Assembly (NCBI GenBank): GCA_964234715.1 | Contig: OZ174276.1 | DNA length: 64,000 nt | Reading direction: 5' to 3' (one strand) | Source: Podarcis melisellensis | Taxonomy: Eukaryota | In this document: in pieces, positions 12,430 through 24,660 of the stretch | Layout: every line of letters begins with the position of its first letter | Position numbering within the stretch: the stretch's first letter is position 1 | Program-made: the position numbers and the translations under genes | The notes under the pieces: model-generated | The model's input: only the letters and a program-made list of their open reading frames with translations | Database searches by the model: none | What the model was told of the DNA's origin: nothing

Positions 12430-13860
12430 TATATTAAGGTTGGCTTACCTTCCTTAAAAAAAGCAGATGAGAGTTTTCCTACTTCTGGGGAGAGGAATAC
12501 CTGTAGTGAGCTTGAGGTATGCTTGAACCTTCTGAGCACTCCAGGTTTCCTGGTAGGGGCAGGTGAGGGTGTCCATAGACATGCTCCGATTAGATAGCTA
12601 TTCTGGTCACTACCAGCAGGAGCAGAAGGTTCCAGTGGACCTCAGGCCAACTTATTTAGATGCCCAGAGGGATTATGAGGCATACCTAAAGCTTTTGGTC
12701 CTGCCAGACTTCCTGCTGGGGTAGCCAGAGTACTCATGGGAACAATCCTATGCATTCTGTCCTGCCCCAGGCATGGTTTGCCAGTTTTTGTGCACCTCAC
12801 ATTTATCGTGGGCAGCCACACAGGGTTTCTGCCTAAGTTAAAAGTAAGGAAACCCCCTGCCATGTAATTTAAGTAAAGTAAACCAATCCTTTTTCCTCCA
12901 CCAAAGGCATGCATATTTTTTCTACATTTTGTTACTTTGTTGTGGAATGTTTATTTCTCCCTTACACAGATGACACAACAAAACAACTGAGCTATAAGTA
13001 ACAGACAGGCTCTTTGGAAAACTGAAGCTGTAGTGTGGGATGTTTCCAATAATTTTCTTGTCCATCCCCACAAATAATAATTCTACTTTTTCTATTATAT
13101 ACTTTGATTCTTAAAAAACAACCCTGAAATGCAGATTATGACTTTAGATTGCTAGCTGCAAATATTCTGTGCAGACATGTATTACAATGAACTCTTTCTT
13201 GGTAATTTAATATGAATTGACTGAATCCATTCTCCCCCGTTTTTACATAATTGTATTAGCTATTTATGGTTATTGGGTCAGTTTTCCTGAATGTGATTAA
13301 TATAAAATAAATAAGCAGACAGAGTAACATAACACTATTAACAATGGTTATACTTTATGCATTCATGAAAGTATAATCTCTATATGACTAAGCTCTTCTG
13401 CACTTCGGAATATATTAATTTTAATACATTTTATGTTCTTCAGCTTCTCATCGCAGTGTGCTACACAAGGACATTTTCTTCTTTTGCATTTGTACTTCAT
13501 AAATTTGTCACCCCTTCTCATGGTATCTAAAATCTTTCTTGCAACCAAGTCCAAAGCCAAGATGGAAGAGTTAGTTTCACCATTTTTGTCAACGTACTTC
13601 AAATGCTGATGGAGGTGCAGTAAGATAGTCAGAGCACTATGTGATTGTAAACTGCCCTTCTGTGGTAGCTAATTTTTAACATTAAGTGGATTTGCATATC
13701 TTATGTATTTTGAGGAATATTTAGATACACACCTCAGCTAATATCCAGGCAGGCTAATCTGTGTAACTGCAATCTCGTGCACACTTACCTGTGTATTAAG
13801 TCTCATTGAACTCAGTGTCACTCCTGTGCAAATGGGGCTATCAGATTCCTGCAGTACAAT

Positions 13861-14291
13861 CAGATTGGAGAATTAGGTCCAAAACTAACAAAATGAATTT
13901 CAGTAGGGTCAAATGTAAAGTTGCACATTTAGGCAAGAAGAACCAGCTGCACAAATATTAGATGGAGGACACCTGGCATGGCAGTAGTACATGGGAAAAC
14001 GATCTAGAGGTCTTAGTAGACCACAAGCTTAACATGAATCAACAGTGTGATGCAGAAGCAAAAAAAGTTAATGCTTGCATCAGCAGAAGCATAGTGTCCA
14101 GATCAAGAGAAGTAACAGTACTACTCTACTCAGCTTTAATCAGACCATTTTATGGAGTACCTATGTCCAGTTCTGGGCACCACAATTGAAGAAGGATATT
14201 GACAAGCTGGAACATGTGCAGAGGAGGGCAACAAAGATGATCAAAGGTCTGGAAACCAAGCCTTATGATGAACAGTTGAGGGAACTGGGTA
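13861..14291 (+). mobile_element. CR1 LINE, 5' part of a 5'-truncated copy interrupted by Bov-B
   Basis: Decayed ORF2 motifs [55 protein letters not shown]. Confidence 0.93.
14198..14291 (+). repeat. 94-bp target-site duplication, left copy (right copy at 17518-17611)
   Basis: ATTGACAAGCTGG...GGAACTGGGTA is identical on both sides of the Bov-B. Confidence 0.95.
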
Positions 14292-14418
14292 CCCCTTCAT
14301 GGATCACTGCCTTGTTGTGGCGAAGGGGCTTGAAGAACTCAGAGAAGCTATGAACTATGCCGAGCAGGGCACCCAAGATGAACAGGTCATAGTGGAGAGT
14401 TTGACCAAACGTGATCCA
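14292..14418 (+). ncRNA. Candidate HDV-like self-cleaving ribozyme / structured 5' leader of Bov-B
   Basis: Helices in HDV order: P1 14292-98/14322-28, P2 14300-07/14411-18, P3 14309-11/14319-21, P4 14335-40/14397-402 plus 14348-53/14387-92. Confidence 0.5.
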
Positions 14419-17400
14419 CCTGGAGGAGGAACCGGCAAGCCACTCCAGTATCCCTGCCAAGAAAACTCCATGGACAAAGACAACAGGCATATAAAAGATA
14501 TGACGCTGGAAGATGAGCCCCTCAGGTCAGAAGGCGTCCAACATGCTACTGGGGAAGAGCGGAGGGCAAGTACAAGTAGATCCAGAGCTGATGAAGCGGC
14601 TAGGCCAAAGCCGAAAGGACGCTCAGTTGCGGATATGCCTGGAAGCGAAAGGAAAGTCCAATGCTGTAAAGAAAAATATTGCATAGGAACCTGGAATGTA
14701 AGAACCATGAACCTGGGTAAGTTGGAGGTGGTCAAAAATGAGATGGCAAGAATAAATATTGACATCCTGGGCATCAGTGAACTAAAATGGACGGGAATGG
14801 GTGAATTCAGTTCGGATGACCATCATATCTACTACTGTGGGCAAGAAACCCGTAAAAGAAATGGAGTGGCCCTCATAGTCAACAAAAGAGTGGCGAAAGC
14901 TGTACTGGGATGCAATCTCAAAAATGATAGAATGATCTCGATACGAATCCAAGGCAGACCTTTTAACATCACAGTAATCCAAGTTTATGCACCAACTACT
15001 TGTGCTGAAGAAACTGAAATTGACCAATTCTATGAAGACTTACAAGACCTTATAGAAGTGACACCAAAGAAGGATGTTCTTCTCATTATAGGGGATTGGA
15101 ATGCTAAAGTAGGGAGTCAAGAGATAAAAGGAACAACTGGCAAGTTTGGCCTTGGAGATCAAAATGAAGCAGGGCAAAGGCTAATAGAGTTCTGTCAAGA
15201 GAACAAGCTGGTCATCACAAACACGCTTTTCCAACAACACAAGAGATGACTCTACACATGGACATCATCAGATGGGCAGCATCGAAATCAGATTGATTAT
15301 ATACTCTGCAGCCAAAGATGGAGAAGCTCTATACAGTCAGCAAAAACAAGACCTGGAGCTGACTGTGGCTCAGATCATCAACTTCTTATAGCAAAATTCA
15401 AGCTTAAACTGAAGAAAGTAGGAAAACCACTGGGCCGGTAAGATACAATCTAAGTCAAATCCCTTATGAATACACAGTGGAAGTGAGGAACAGGTTTAAG
15501 GATTTAGATTTGGTGGACAGAATGCCTGAAGAACTATGGATGGAGGCTCGTAACATTATACAGGAGGCAGCAACGAAAACCATCCCAATGAAAAGGAAAT
15601 GCAAGAAAGCAAAGTGGCTGTCCAATGAGGCCTTACAAATAGCGGGGGAGAGAAGGCAAGCAAAATGCGAGGGAGATGGTGAAAGATACAGGAAATTGAA
15701 TGCAGATTTCCAAAGAATAGCAAGGAGAGACAAGAAGACCTTCTTAAACGAGCAATGCAAAGAAATAGAGGAAAGCAATAGAATGGGAAGAACCAGAGAT
15801 CTGTTCAAGAAAATTGGAGATATGAAAGGAACATTTCGTACAAAGATTTCCATAATAAAGGACAAAAGTGGAAAGGACCTAACAGAAGCAGAAGACATCA
15901 AGAAGAGGTGGCAAGAATACACAGAGGAATTATACCAGGAAGAAATGGATGTCTCATATACCCCAGGTAGTGTGGTTGCTGACCTCGAGCCAGACATCCT
16001 GGAAAGTGAAGTCAAATGGGCCTTAGAAAGCACTGCAAATAACAAGGCCAGTGGAAGTGATGGTATTCCAGCTGAACTATTTAAAATTTTAAAAGATGAT
16101 GCTGTTAAGGTGCTACACTCAATATGCCAGCAAGTTTGGAAAACTCAGCAGTGGCCAGAAGATTGGAGAAGATCAGTCTACATCCCAATCCCAAAGAAGG
16201 GCAGTGCCAAAGAATGCTCCAACTACCGCACAATTGCACTCATTTCACACGCTAGCAAGGTTATGCTTAAAATTCTACAAGGAAGGCTCAAGCAGTATGT
16301 GGACCGAGAACTCCCAGAAGTGCAAGCTGGATTTAGAAGAGGCAGAGGAACCAGAGACCAAATTGCAAACATGCGCTGGATTATGGAGAAAGCTAGAGAG
16401 TTCCAGAAAGACATCTACTTCTGCTTCATTGACTATGCAAAAGCCTTTGACTGTGTCGACCACGGCAAACTATGGCAAGTTCTTAAAGAAATGGGAGTGC
16501 CAGATCACCTCATCTGTCTCCTGAGAAATCTCTATGTGGGACAAGAAGCTACAGTTAGAACTGGATATGGAACAACTGATTGGTTCAAAATTGGGAAAGG
16601 AGTACGACAAGGCTGTATTTTGTCTCCCTGCTTATTTAACTTATATGCAGAATTCATCATGCGAAAGGCTGGGCTGGATGAATCCCTAGCTGGAATTAAG
16701 ATTGCCGGAAGAAATATCAACAACCTCAGATATGCAGATGACACAACCTTGATGGCAGAAAGTGAGGAGGAATTAAAGAACCTTTTAATGAGGGTGAAAG
16801 AGGAGAGCGCAAAATATGGTCTGAAGCTCAACATCAAAAAAACGAAGATCATGGCCACTGGTCCCATCACCACCTGGCAAATAGAAGGGGAAGAAATGGA
16901 GATAGTGAGAGATTTTACTTTCTTGGGCTCAATGATCACTGCAGATGGTGACAGCAGCCACGAAATTAAAAGACGCCTGCTTCTTGGGAGAAGGGCAATG
17001 ACAGGCCAAGACAGCATCTTGAGAAGTAGAGACATCACCTTACCAACAAAGGTTCGTATAGTTAAAGCTATGGTTTTCCCAGTAGTGATGTATGGAAGTG
17101 AGAGCTGGACCATAAAGAAGGCTGATCGCCGAAGAATTGATGCTTTTGAATTATGGTGCTGGAGGAGACTCTTGAGAGTCCCATGGACTGCAAGAAGATC
17201 AAACCTCTCCATACTGAAGGAAATCAACCCTGAGTGCTCACTGGAAGGACAGATTGTGAAGCTGAGGCTCCAGTACTTTGGCCACCTCATGAGAAGAGAA
17301 GACTCCCTGGAGAAGACCCTGATGTTGGGAAAGATGGAGGGCACAAGGAGAAGGGGACGGCATAGGACGAGATGGTTGGATAGTGTTTTCGAGGTTACCA

Positions 17401-17501
17401 GCATGAGTTTGACCAAACTGCGGGAGGCAGTGTAGGACAGAGGTGCCTGGCGTTCTCTGGTCCATGGGGTCACGAAGAGTCGGACACGACTAAACGACTA
17501 A
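14299..17501 (+). pseudogene. Bov-B EN-RT ORF with three lesions
   Basis: TGA at 15247-15249 (probable CGA>TGA). A 1-bp deletion in the A-run at about 15423-15426 shifts frame 1 to frame 3. TAG at 17433-17435, where the other two copies read GAA. The natural stop is TAA at 17499-17501. Confidence 0.9.
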
Positions 17502-17517
17502 ACAACAACAACAACAA

Positions 17518-17962
17518 ATTGACAAGCTGGAACATGTGCAGAGGAGGGCAACAAAGATGATCAAAGGTCTGGAAACCAAGCCTTATGATGAACAGTTGAG
17601 GGAACTGGGTATGTTTAGCCTGGATAAGAAAAGACTGAGAAGATATAAGATAGTCATCTTTAAATATCTGAAGAGCTGTCATCTGGAAAATGGAGCAAAC
17701 TTGTTTTCTCCTACTGCAGAGGAGAGGACCCAAACCAGTGGTCTTAAGTTACATGAAAGGAAATTCTGACTAAACATCAGGAATAACCTTTCATCAGTGG
17801 AACAGAGTCCCTCAGAAGGTGGTGGACTTACCTTCATTGGAGGTTTTTAAGCGAGGTTGGATGGCCATCTGTCACAGATGCTTTAGTTGAGATTCCTGCA
17901 TTGCAGGGGTTTGGTCTAGAGGACCCTCAGTGTCCCTTCCAACTCTAAAATTCTATGATTCT
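17518..17962 (+). mobile_element. CR1 LINE 3' part (continuation of 13861-14291)
   Basis: LRELGMFSLDKKRLRR...LKLHERKF, followed by the CR1 3' UTR and an ATTCTATGATTCT terminus. Confidence 0.95.
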
Positions 17963-19310
17963 GTAATCTTAGACAAGTCTATTCAGAAGTACATCCCATT
18001 GAGTTCAATGAGGCTTCCTTAGTTAAATGACTAAAGGACCCCAGCCTTAGTGTCATATACCGCCTTTAGCTACTTTTAAATAAGTTATTAAGCATTAGAG
18101 GATTCATGGATTTCAAGTCCCCTTATTTAAGGTCAATGTGTGTCTTTGTAAGAGTAGTTCCTGAAATTTATGTTGATAAGTTCTTAACTGTGCAGCACGT
18201 TTTTGTTTTTGCTTCTGCAGCTCTTCTGGAATTGCATTGACATGCTAGTAATTTTGAAATCTTGTTTCAGTCCAACAGAGCTTGACATTCAAAAGATGTT
18301 TTATGGCTACATATATTTATCTCTTCTATGATATTAAAGTATAATCAATTGCTGGTTTTTATAGTTGTAGATTTCTCCTGCAATAAATCAGTGAAGACAA
18401 TCAAGAAGCTTTACAGACTTTGATTTAGTAAAGTGCTAGCAGTGTAATACTACTTTACGCTGGGGATGAAAGAAATCATTGGTGGCATTACTGGTGTAAC
18501 CCAGCCTAGAGCAAGCAATTATGATAAACTTTGCTTAGCTTACATGATGGAGGTTTCCATTATCCTTTGGCAGAAAATTCCATGGTGCCCAGTGTTACAG
18601 GAATTGAGTTGTACTTCATTCAGTAACGCATGTAAGTCAGAATAGTTGGCATGCAAATACTGTACTAAGTTACTGCATTTTAACCTTTTTATTTCGTTTT
18701 GAACATTTTGTCTTTTTTAATGGGACTAGAATGGTGGTTTACTCGTTCTTTTTGATCTAATACATTTCTATTGCATTAAGCTCAGTGTGTGGGGGCTGTT
18801 TTGGAAGGTTTCTGTATTGAATTCAACATTAAGAGGTTGCATTGCTATGTTTGCACAGGATGGCTTGGTTCACGCTAAACACTACGGCAAACCATGATGT
18901 TGTGTGAATGAGCAAATGCATGAGCTTCGAGAAGAGATTCTAGCTTACTCCTACCCAGTCATTTTGCCTCTGTGCTGAGCCACGGTGGCACAGTGCAGTA
19001 GCGGAATGAATGATGAGGAGCATAGCAGCTGTGGGTTACTGATTTGTTTTACAACTCAACATTAAGAAAACAAATGCTTTAGTGATGTGGAGTTTGCATT
19101 TACCTAGCAGTGCTTCCCTATTCCAGTCAGCCTTTCAGTTTAATACAGCTGCAGGAAATTGTAGTAAGGGTAGATGTTTAAATTCTGCGCTTGTCACTAT
19201 TCAGAGTTGTAAAGGCATTTAGCATTTTCTTCCTATTTTCATTAAGACTCTTAAAGCACCTTGCACTCTACAGTTCACGAATCATTATCATGCTTAACCT
19301 TAGGTTATTG

Positions 19311-19446
19311 CAGGCATAGACAAACTCAGCCCTCTAGATGTTTTTGGACTACAACTCCAATCACCCCTAGCTATCAGGACCAGTGGTCAGGGATGATGGG
19401 AGTTGTAGTCCCAAAACACCTGGCGGGCCGAGTTTGCCTATGCCTG
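19311..19446. mobile_element. hAT MITE with 8-bp TSD
   Basis: TIRs CAGGCATAGACAAACTC / GAGTTTGCCTATGCCTG; TSD GGTTATTG at 19303-19310 and 19447-19454. Confidence 0.95.
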
Positions 19447-20162
19447 GGTTATTGCATACAACTGACTTCCTAGGGTTCCCACAATAGATAGTTAGACTGT
19501 TACTGTTTACACCTGTCGAAACATGAAACAGAAATGAACTGTGAGTCCCTGTCCATGACTTTAAATTTGCTCATACAATATAGTACATGTATGTTTTAAT
19601 ATATCAGTTTCAGGGTCTGTATGTACAGGATGAGTTCAATTATACTCATAGTGAATATCCTAAACCTAAAAAATAGCAGGAGGTCAGAATAACTCATTCC
19701 AAAATCTATTCTGGTGAGAGGAATGGTGTACATCCTTTCTTCCAGTTCCAGGTAATCCCATCTGTAGAGCATAGACACTAGTGTAAAGGCTGCCAGCAGA
19801 AACAGTGCTGATTGAATGCCCTTCTCTTGAAATTGCTTTTTGCAGAAGTGGAGGTGAAATGACTCATCAGTGGTCTCCTCCTCTTGCTAGTACCTCTGCA
19901 TGGCTTGTAGTTGAGGCTTGTTTGAGCCCCCAGTCAAGGACCAAGATGAGTATAGAGATGTGAAAATTACAATACTTTCATTACCCTTCTCTTCTGTATG
20001 CATACAACTTTTCCTGGGCCCCTCTGTACTTGCATTCTTTCTGAAATGCCTGTCCTAACATTCTAGCCTCAGACAGCCTTTTAAAATCTGTTGTATTTGT
20101 AAGCAAACCAGTGGAGGCTGTCTTGAGTCTGTAAGTTGTTAACCCAGTTTATTGGTAATATA

Positions 20163-20386
20163 CAGTAATACCTCTGTTTGCAAACCATCCTCCTTGTGAA
20201 CGCTTCAAGTTATGAGCTCTGCTAACCGGCAAGTAGCTGCTCCCAGTAGCGAACTTTCCCCTGGGATGTGAGCGGAAATCGCATGCCAGAGGCCCCATTT
20301 GTGAAAGCACACCTCAGGATAAGAACAGTTTCCAGTTACGAACGGACCTCTGGAATGTATTAAGTTTGTAACCAGAGGTTCCACTG
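20163..20386. mobile_element. Tigger/pogo-like MITE
   Basis: TA|CAGTAATACCTCTG...CCAGAGGTTCCACTG|TA; related to 61485-61726. Confidence 0.88.
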
Positions 20387-21524
20387 TAAACAGATTCACA
20401 GTGACTGAAATCTAACAACTGCTCTGTGGAACAGTGGATGTGAAAGTAGGTTGCAGCTTACAGAAGTTACTAAACGTGAGATAGGTTGAACTCTTGGAGT
20501 CATGACTTTTCTGTAGACCTTAGGGAACTGTAGTTAAAAGATAAAGAATCTTCTCTGGTCCCCCCTCCCCCCGGCATATAAATTAGTTATGGCATGTGGT
20601 CTGTGCTGTCAGAAATGCATACTGAAGTATATTTAAGAAAGGTTTGGAAGAATGAATGTGATGTTTACACCACCATTAAAAGATAACTGGGGAAGTATCT
20701 ACTATATATGGAGTTTTTGAAGAATTGGTTCTGCCTTGGGCAGTGGGAGGTATATGCCTCTAGCTCTTTAGGAAATGTACTAATGTTTTTGAATATATGA
20801 CTTCAGAGATTATTACTTTTAAAAAAAATGTATCTGGCTTGAACTTAATTTTCTTCCCATCTGTTCTAATTTTTGCCTCTATTGACTAAATAGGCTAAGA
20901 ACATAGCATTGTGCAGATACATGAATTTGAGCCAACACATATTTGAGTTGAAGGAGCTGTGTTTTCCAACTATTCTCTGCATTCTGCTGGATAAAATTGG
21001 CATGTAATTTAATTCTGCATCAGCCGTTGAAAAAGTTCTTAAATTACAGCCCACATTGTGTTCAGGAAATAAATCTTGTATATATTTATTGTACCATTCG
21101 CCGAGTGCTTTATTCGTAATGCTAAATGGCTATGCAGAGGTATGTGGGAATAAATCTCATTGGGGCTGATTGGAAAGTATGGGATTGCAGGGTGATACGG
21201 AACTTTGAGACAGGTACTCGGTAAATAGGGGCAGTGTCAGTAACTGGCAGCTTGGGGCAGCCATCACTCTTGTAGGTTTCAAAGCTGATGCCTATCCTGG
21301 GTTGTCTTCTGTCATCCAAGGCAGCAGTCTCACCCTGCAAAAGGGCTGGACCCATGTCTCTTTCTGTGTGCTATTTTCTTTAGTTGATCCCTAACAGTTG
21401 TGCCTCCCTCTTGTGGAAAGCCCTCCCCTGCGGCATCTGCCTGGTGCCATCGTTAACATCTCCCAGTCAACTGACTGGTTTTGATAAATGTTCTGCTGCT
21501 GAAATTTTGCTGGGTCATTGTAAT

Positions 21525-21896
21525 TCTGGCGTTCGTACAGAGCCCCCAGTCGTTTCACGGACTGTTGACCTGCACACCACTACTTTATTCTCAGTCAGGT
21601 AGAGTTAACAATGAAGATTAAAGTTTACTTCAAACACAAGCAAGTTTTAAAATATATTCGAAACGCTGTCACTCTATTCCCTCTCAGTCTTGTCCCTGCC
21701 TCTTAACTCACTCTGACTCCTCTATCTCTCCTCCCCCCCCCCCGTCCAAAATAACCAACCGAACTAACTGTCAAAACCTCTGGGCTGAGCCTCAAAATCA
21801 GGTAGGCTCCGCCTCCGGGCTTTCTTATTGGTCAACCTATTAACCCTTTCTCTCCCGCAATATAAACATATTCCCAAAGAATGGGCAAACGCCACA
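21525..21896 (-). mobile_element. Solo LTR (372 bp)
   Basis: Minus-strand termini TGTGGCGTT...AACGCCAGA (short terminal inverted repeat). 5-bp TSD GTAAT at 21520-21524 and 21897-21901. CCAAT and GC boxes, and AATAAA at 21584-21589 on the minus strand. Confidence 0.85.
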
Positions 21897-22574
21897 GTAA
21901 TGACTTTATTATAAGACATACTTTTTGTTTTTGTGCTCTTCATATCCTTAGACTTTTTTTGTAGTGAACAAGCAATAAGTCGAATGAATGATAGCTTATC
22001 ATGCTAATTATTTATACAATGATAAGAGGACTAAAACTAACAAGTGATAATTTTACATCTTGGTGAATATGTTTGTTTTTCCACCCTTTAATTGTTTAAA
22101 AACTGCCTGTTAGGTAAAAATACTTTCTCTCCCGCAATACAAACATATTCCCAAAGAATGGGCAAACGCCACAGTAATGACTTTATTATAAGACATCCTT
22201 TTTGTACTAAGATACAGTACTAAGGAATAAAATGTCATTTTTTTGGCTTTGGCAAATTATTGATATTGGGTTATCAAGTTATTATAAATGTGTTCTGGAA
22301 TCTGAGCATTTCTCCCTATTTTATATTAACGTCTCATTAAGTGGGCGTGACTGGGCAAAAAGTTACTATGGACAAATTGTACTGCATGAATGAATGATTG
22401 AATGGGAAATGTTGAAATGGTATAAATAATTGATACCAACCCTTAAAGAGATTCAGAGTGTTACTGTAAAATGAAATATGCAAGAAGTCAGCAGATGTTT
22501 GAATATAATGAGGTTAGGCATGAGTTAATACGTTTTTTTTTTTTCATCTGCAGACCATACATTTTAGATAAGAG

Positions 22575-22745
22575 GATAGAGTGCTGGACTTAGCTAAAAA
22601 TCACGCTCTGCAATGAATCTTGCTAGATGACCTTGTGTTAGTTATAGTCTTTGAGCAATAGCTACTTCACTAGGATTTTTGTGAGAACTGGAATACAATG
22701 TATGCCACCCTGAGTTCCCTGGGAGGAAGATAGAGGGTGCAAATG
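22575..22745 (+). mobile_element. Degraded CORE-SINE (Squam3/MIR-like)
   Basis: GATAGAGTGCTGGACTTAG...GATGACCTTG...TACTTCACTAGGATTTTTGTGAG...GCCACCCTGAGTTCC. Confidence 0.55.
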
Positions 22746-22774
22746 AAACATTTAGCCTCAAAGTCTGACTATGC

Positions 22775-22900
22775 CAGGCATCCCCAAACTCGGCCCTCCA
22801 GATGTTTTGGGACTACAACTCCCACCACCCCTAGCTAACAGGACCAGTGGTCAGGAATGGTGGAAATTGTCCAAAAACATCTGGAGTTGGGGGATGCCTG
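22775..22900. mobile_element. hAT MITE with 8-bp TSD
   Basis: TIRs CAGGCATCCCC / GGGGATGCCTG; TSD GACTATGC at 22767-22774 and 22901-22908. Confidence 0.95.
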
Positions 22901-24439
22901 GACTATGCTATCATTCTGCAAGTAAAATGTTCATCAGAAAGCAGGCAGTGATTGTGATGCATTAATTTGTTTATCGGTGCATATTCAAGGATCCACAATT
23001 TTATTTTCCAAGGCTTCCTTCCAGCTCTGGATATGCAGGGGGAGAGATGATGCTCGCATTTTTGGAAGTATATTTTAAGGTTTGGGACAAAATCCTTGAA
23101 AAGAGAACATAGCTGGCAACCACAAATCTTTAGCTGGTCATTAATGAATTAGGGAAGATTTGTTTACAACATATATGGTTTTCCTGAGAAAGTTGCTCCT
23201 GGCTAGTTTGGCTGCTTGTGATGTTCTCTGACAAGTTCCAGCCTTATTTTTGTGTATTCTGAATTGGGAATGTGGTTTCAGCCATTGTCCCCCACAGTCA
23301 ATTAGTCGCAAATATTTCAAGGTCATCTTCCCCTATTCTATGTTGTGTAATCTATCTTGTCATCATAGTTGTCATCAATTCTTTTCGTTTCTTCATTTTC
23401 ATTTCATCCATTCCCATTTCCATATCGCTTTATATTTAAGCAAACATCTCAAAGTGGTTTAAAACACATTAAAGCATCAAATAAAACAATCCAAAATAAA
23501 AGAAGGTTCAGATTACTCGAAGAAAATCAGATATATTATATATTCATTCAAAACAACATAATTAACAGGAAACTGAAATAGTTGCTTAAATATTTCAAAA
23601 CTAAACATTACAAAGGAGGGCAACTACAGAGTGCACATTTAACACATCAAAGTTAACAAAGAAAAATCTTGAGCATTTCAAAAGAAAACATTACTAAAAG
23701 AAGTCACATATAAAATGCACAATTAAAACAGAAAAATTAGCACAAGAATAAAATATCATAAGCATATCTGTTGCTGTTGTTGCCAATCCTGCCAATGGTG
23801 ATTCATGGTGGGTTGTGGCTGTGGAAGCTCAGGCTTGATGACTTAGGTCTGCACTAAGAGACATCCAAGATGGCCTCTGGCCTCTACAGCAGTCTCAGCT
23901 TTTGTAACTGGAGTCAGTCAGGACCCCACCCTCCTAGGCCAGGTAGACAAAGGCCTGCAAAGGCAGGGAAAATGTCTTCCAGGACCCCCAACCAAGATGG
24001 TGTCTTCTTAGCTTCTTTCGCCACATTTGTCTAACAGAGTATGGCTGTTTAATATATGTCATTCTCTTCTCCCTGAATGTGATTATATGGTGGTAAAGGG
24101 TTAAAAGGAACTGCAACTGTTGCTCCTCCTATCTCAGTCAGTGGAATTTATGTTTTGTATGTTTCAGCCCTTTACCAGTTCAGTACTGTGTAAAGTTGCC
24201 TCAATGCTAGACCTGTTTATTCCCTTGTTTAATGAAGCAGCTGTTCTGATGTTCTCTTGGTGTCACTGCTCTGGTGCACGGTTAACAGGATGGTGTGCAA
24301 CCATGTGAGTACATACAATATGACATTGAAGAAGCCCCAAGTAGCAAACACAAAAATAATAAAACAATGTTTTAAAAGCATTGTCAGGACAGCAAAAATA
24401 GAACAAAACAAAACCTCTCATCCAGTGATCTCAAGGTTA

Positions 24440-24660
24440 CCAGGAACTGTGTCCTTCAACTATCAGGTTTTTAATAAACTCTTCCTGAAAGTTGTTAACT
24501 AGGGAGACAGGCACACCTCACCAGGGAGGGCATTCTACAAACAGGGAAATGCCACTGAAAAGGCCCTGTCACTGGTCAACAGCAACCAGACAACCTCCAG
24601 TGGTGGCAGCGCCAACAAGCCCTCACCTGATGATCGCAGGGCCTGAGATGGTTTACTGGG
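24440..24660 (-). mobile_element. Degraded L2 3' fragment
   Basis: GGGAGGGCATTCTACAAACAGGG...GCCACTGAAAAGGCCCTG is the reverse complement of the L2 RAFSVAAP.LWN.LP region. Confidence 0.7.

Larger units (their letters stand above)
14292..17517 (+). mobile_element. Full-length (3226 bp) Bov-B LINE (RTE clade)
   Basis: Single ORF with an AP endonuclease (IGTWNVRTM, ILGISELKW, QVYAPT, GDWNAKVG) and an RT (NYRTIALISHASK, FIDYAKAFD, GVRQGCILSP, YADD). (CAA)n tail and TSD present. Confidence 0.97.

Noticed and set aside
14588-14616. CTGATGA...GAAA hammerhead-like motif inside Bov-B
   Set aside because: Three extra nucleotides before stem II and no convincing stems I/III; it lies in coding sequence.
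14355-17473. Long minus-strand ORFs (139, 193 and 313 aa; also 57200-57739)
   Set aside because: Antisense shadows of the Bov-B ORF.
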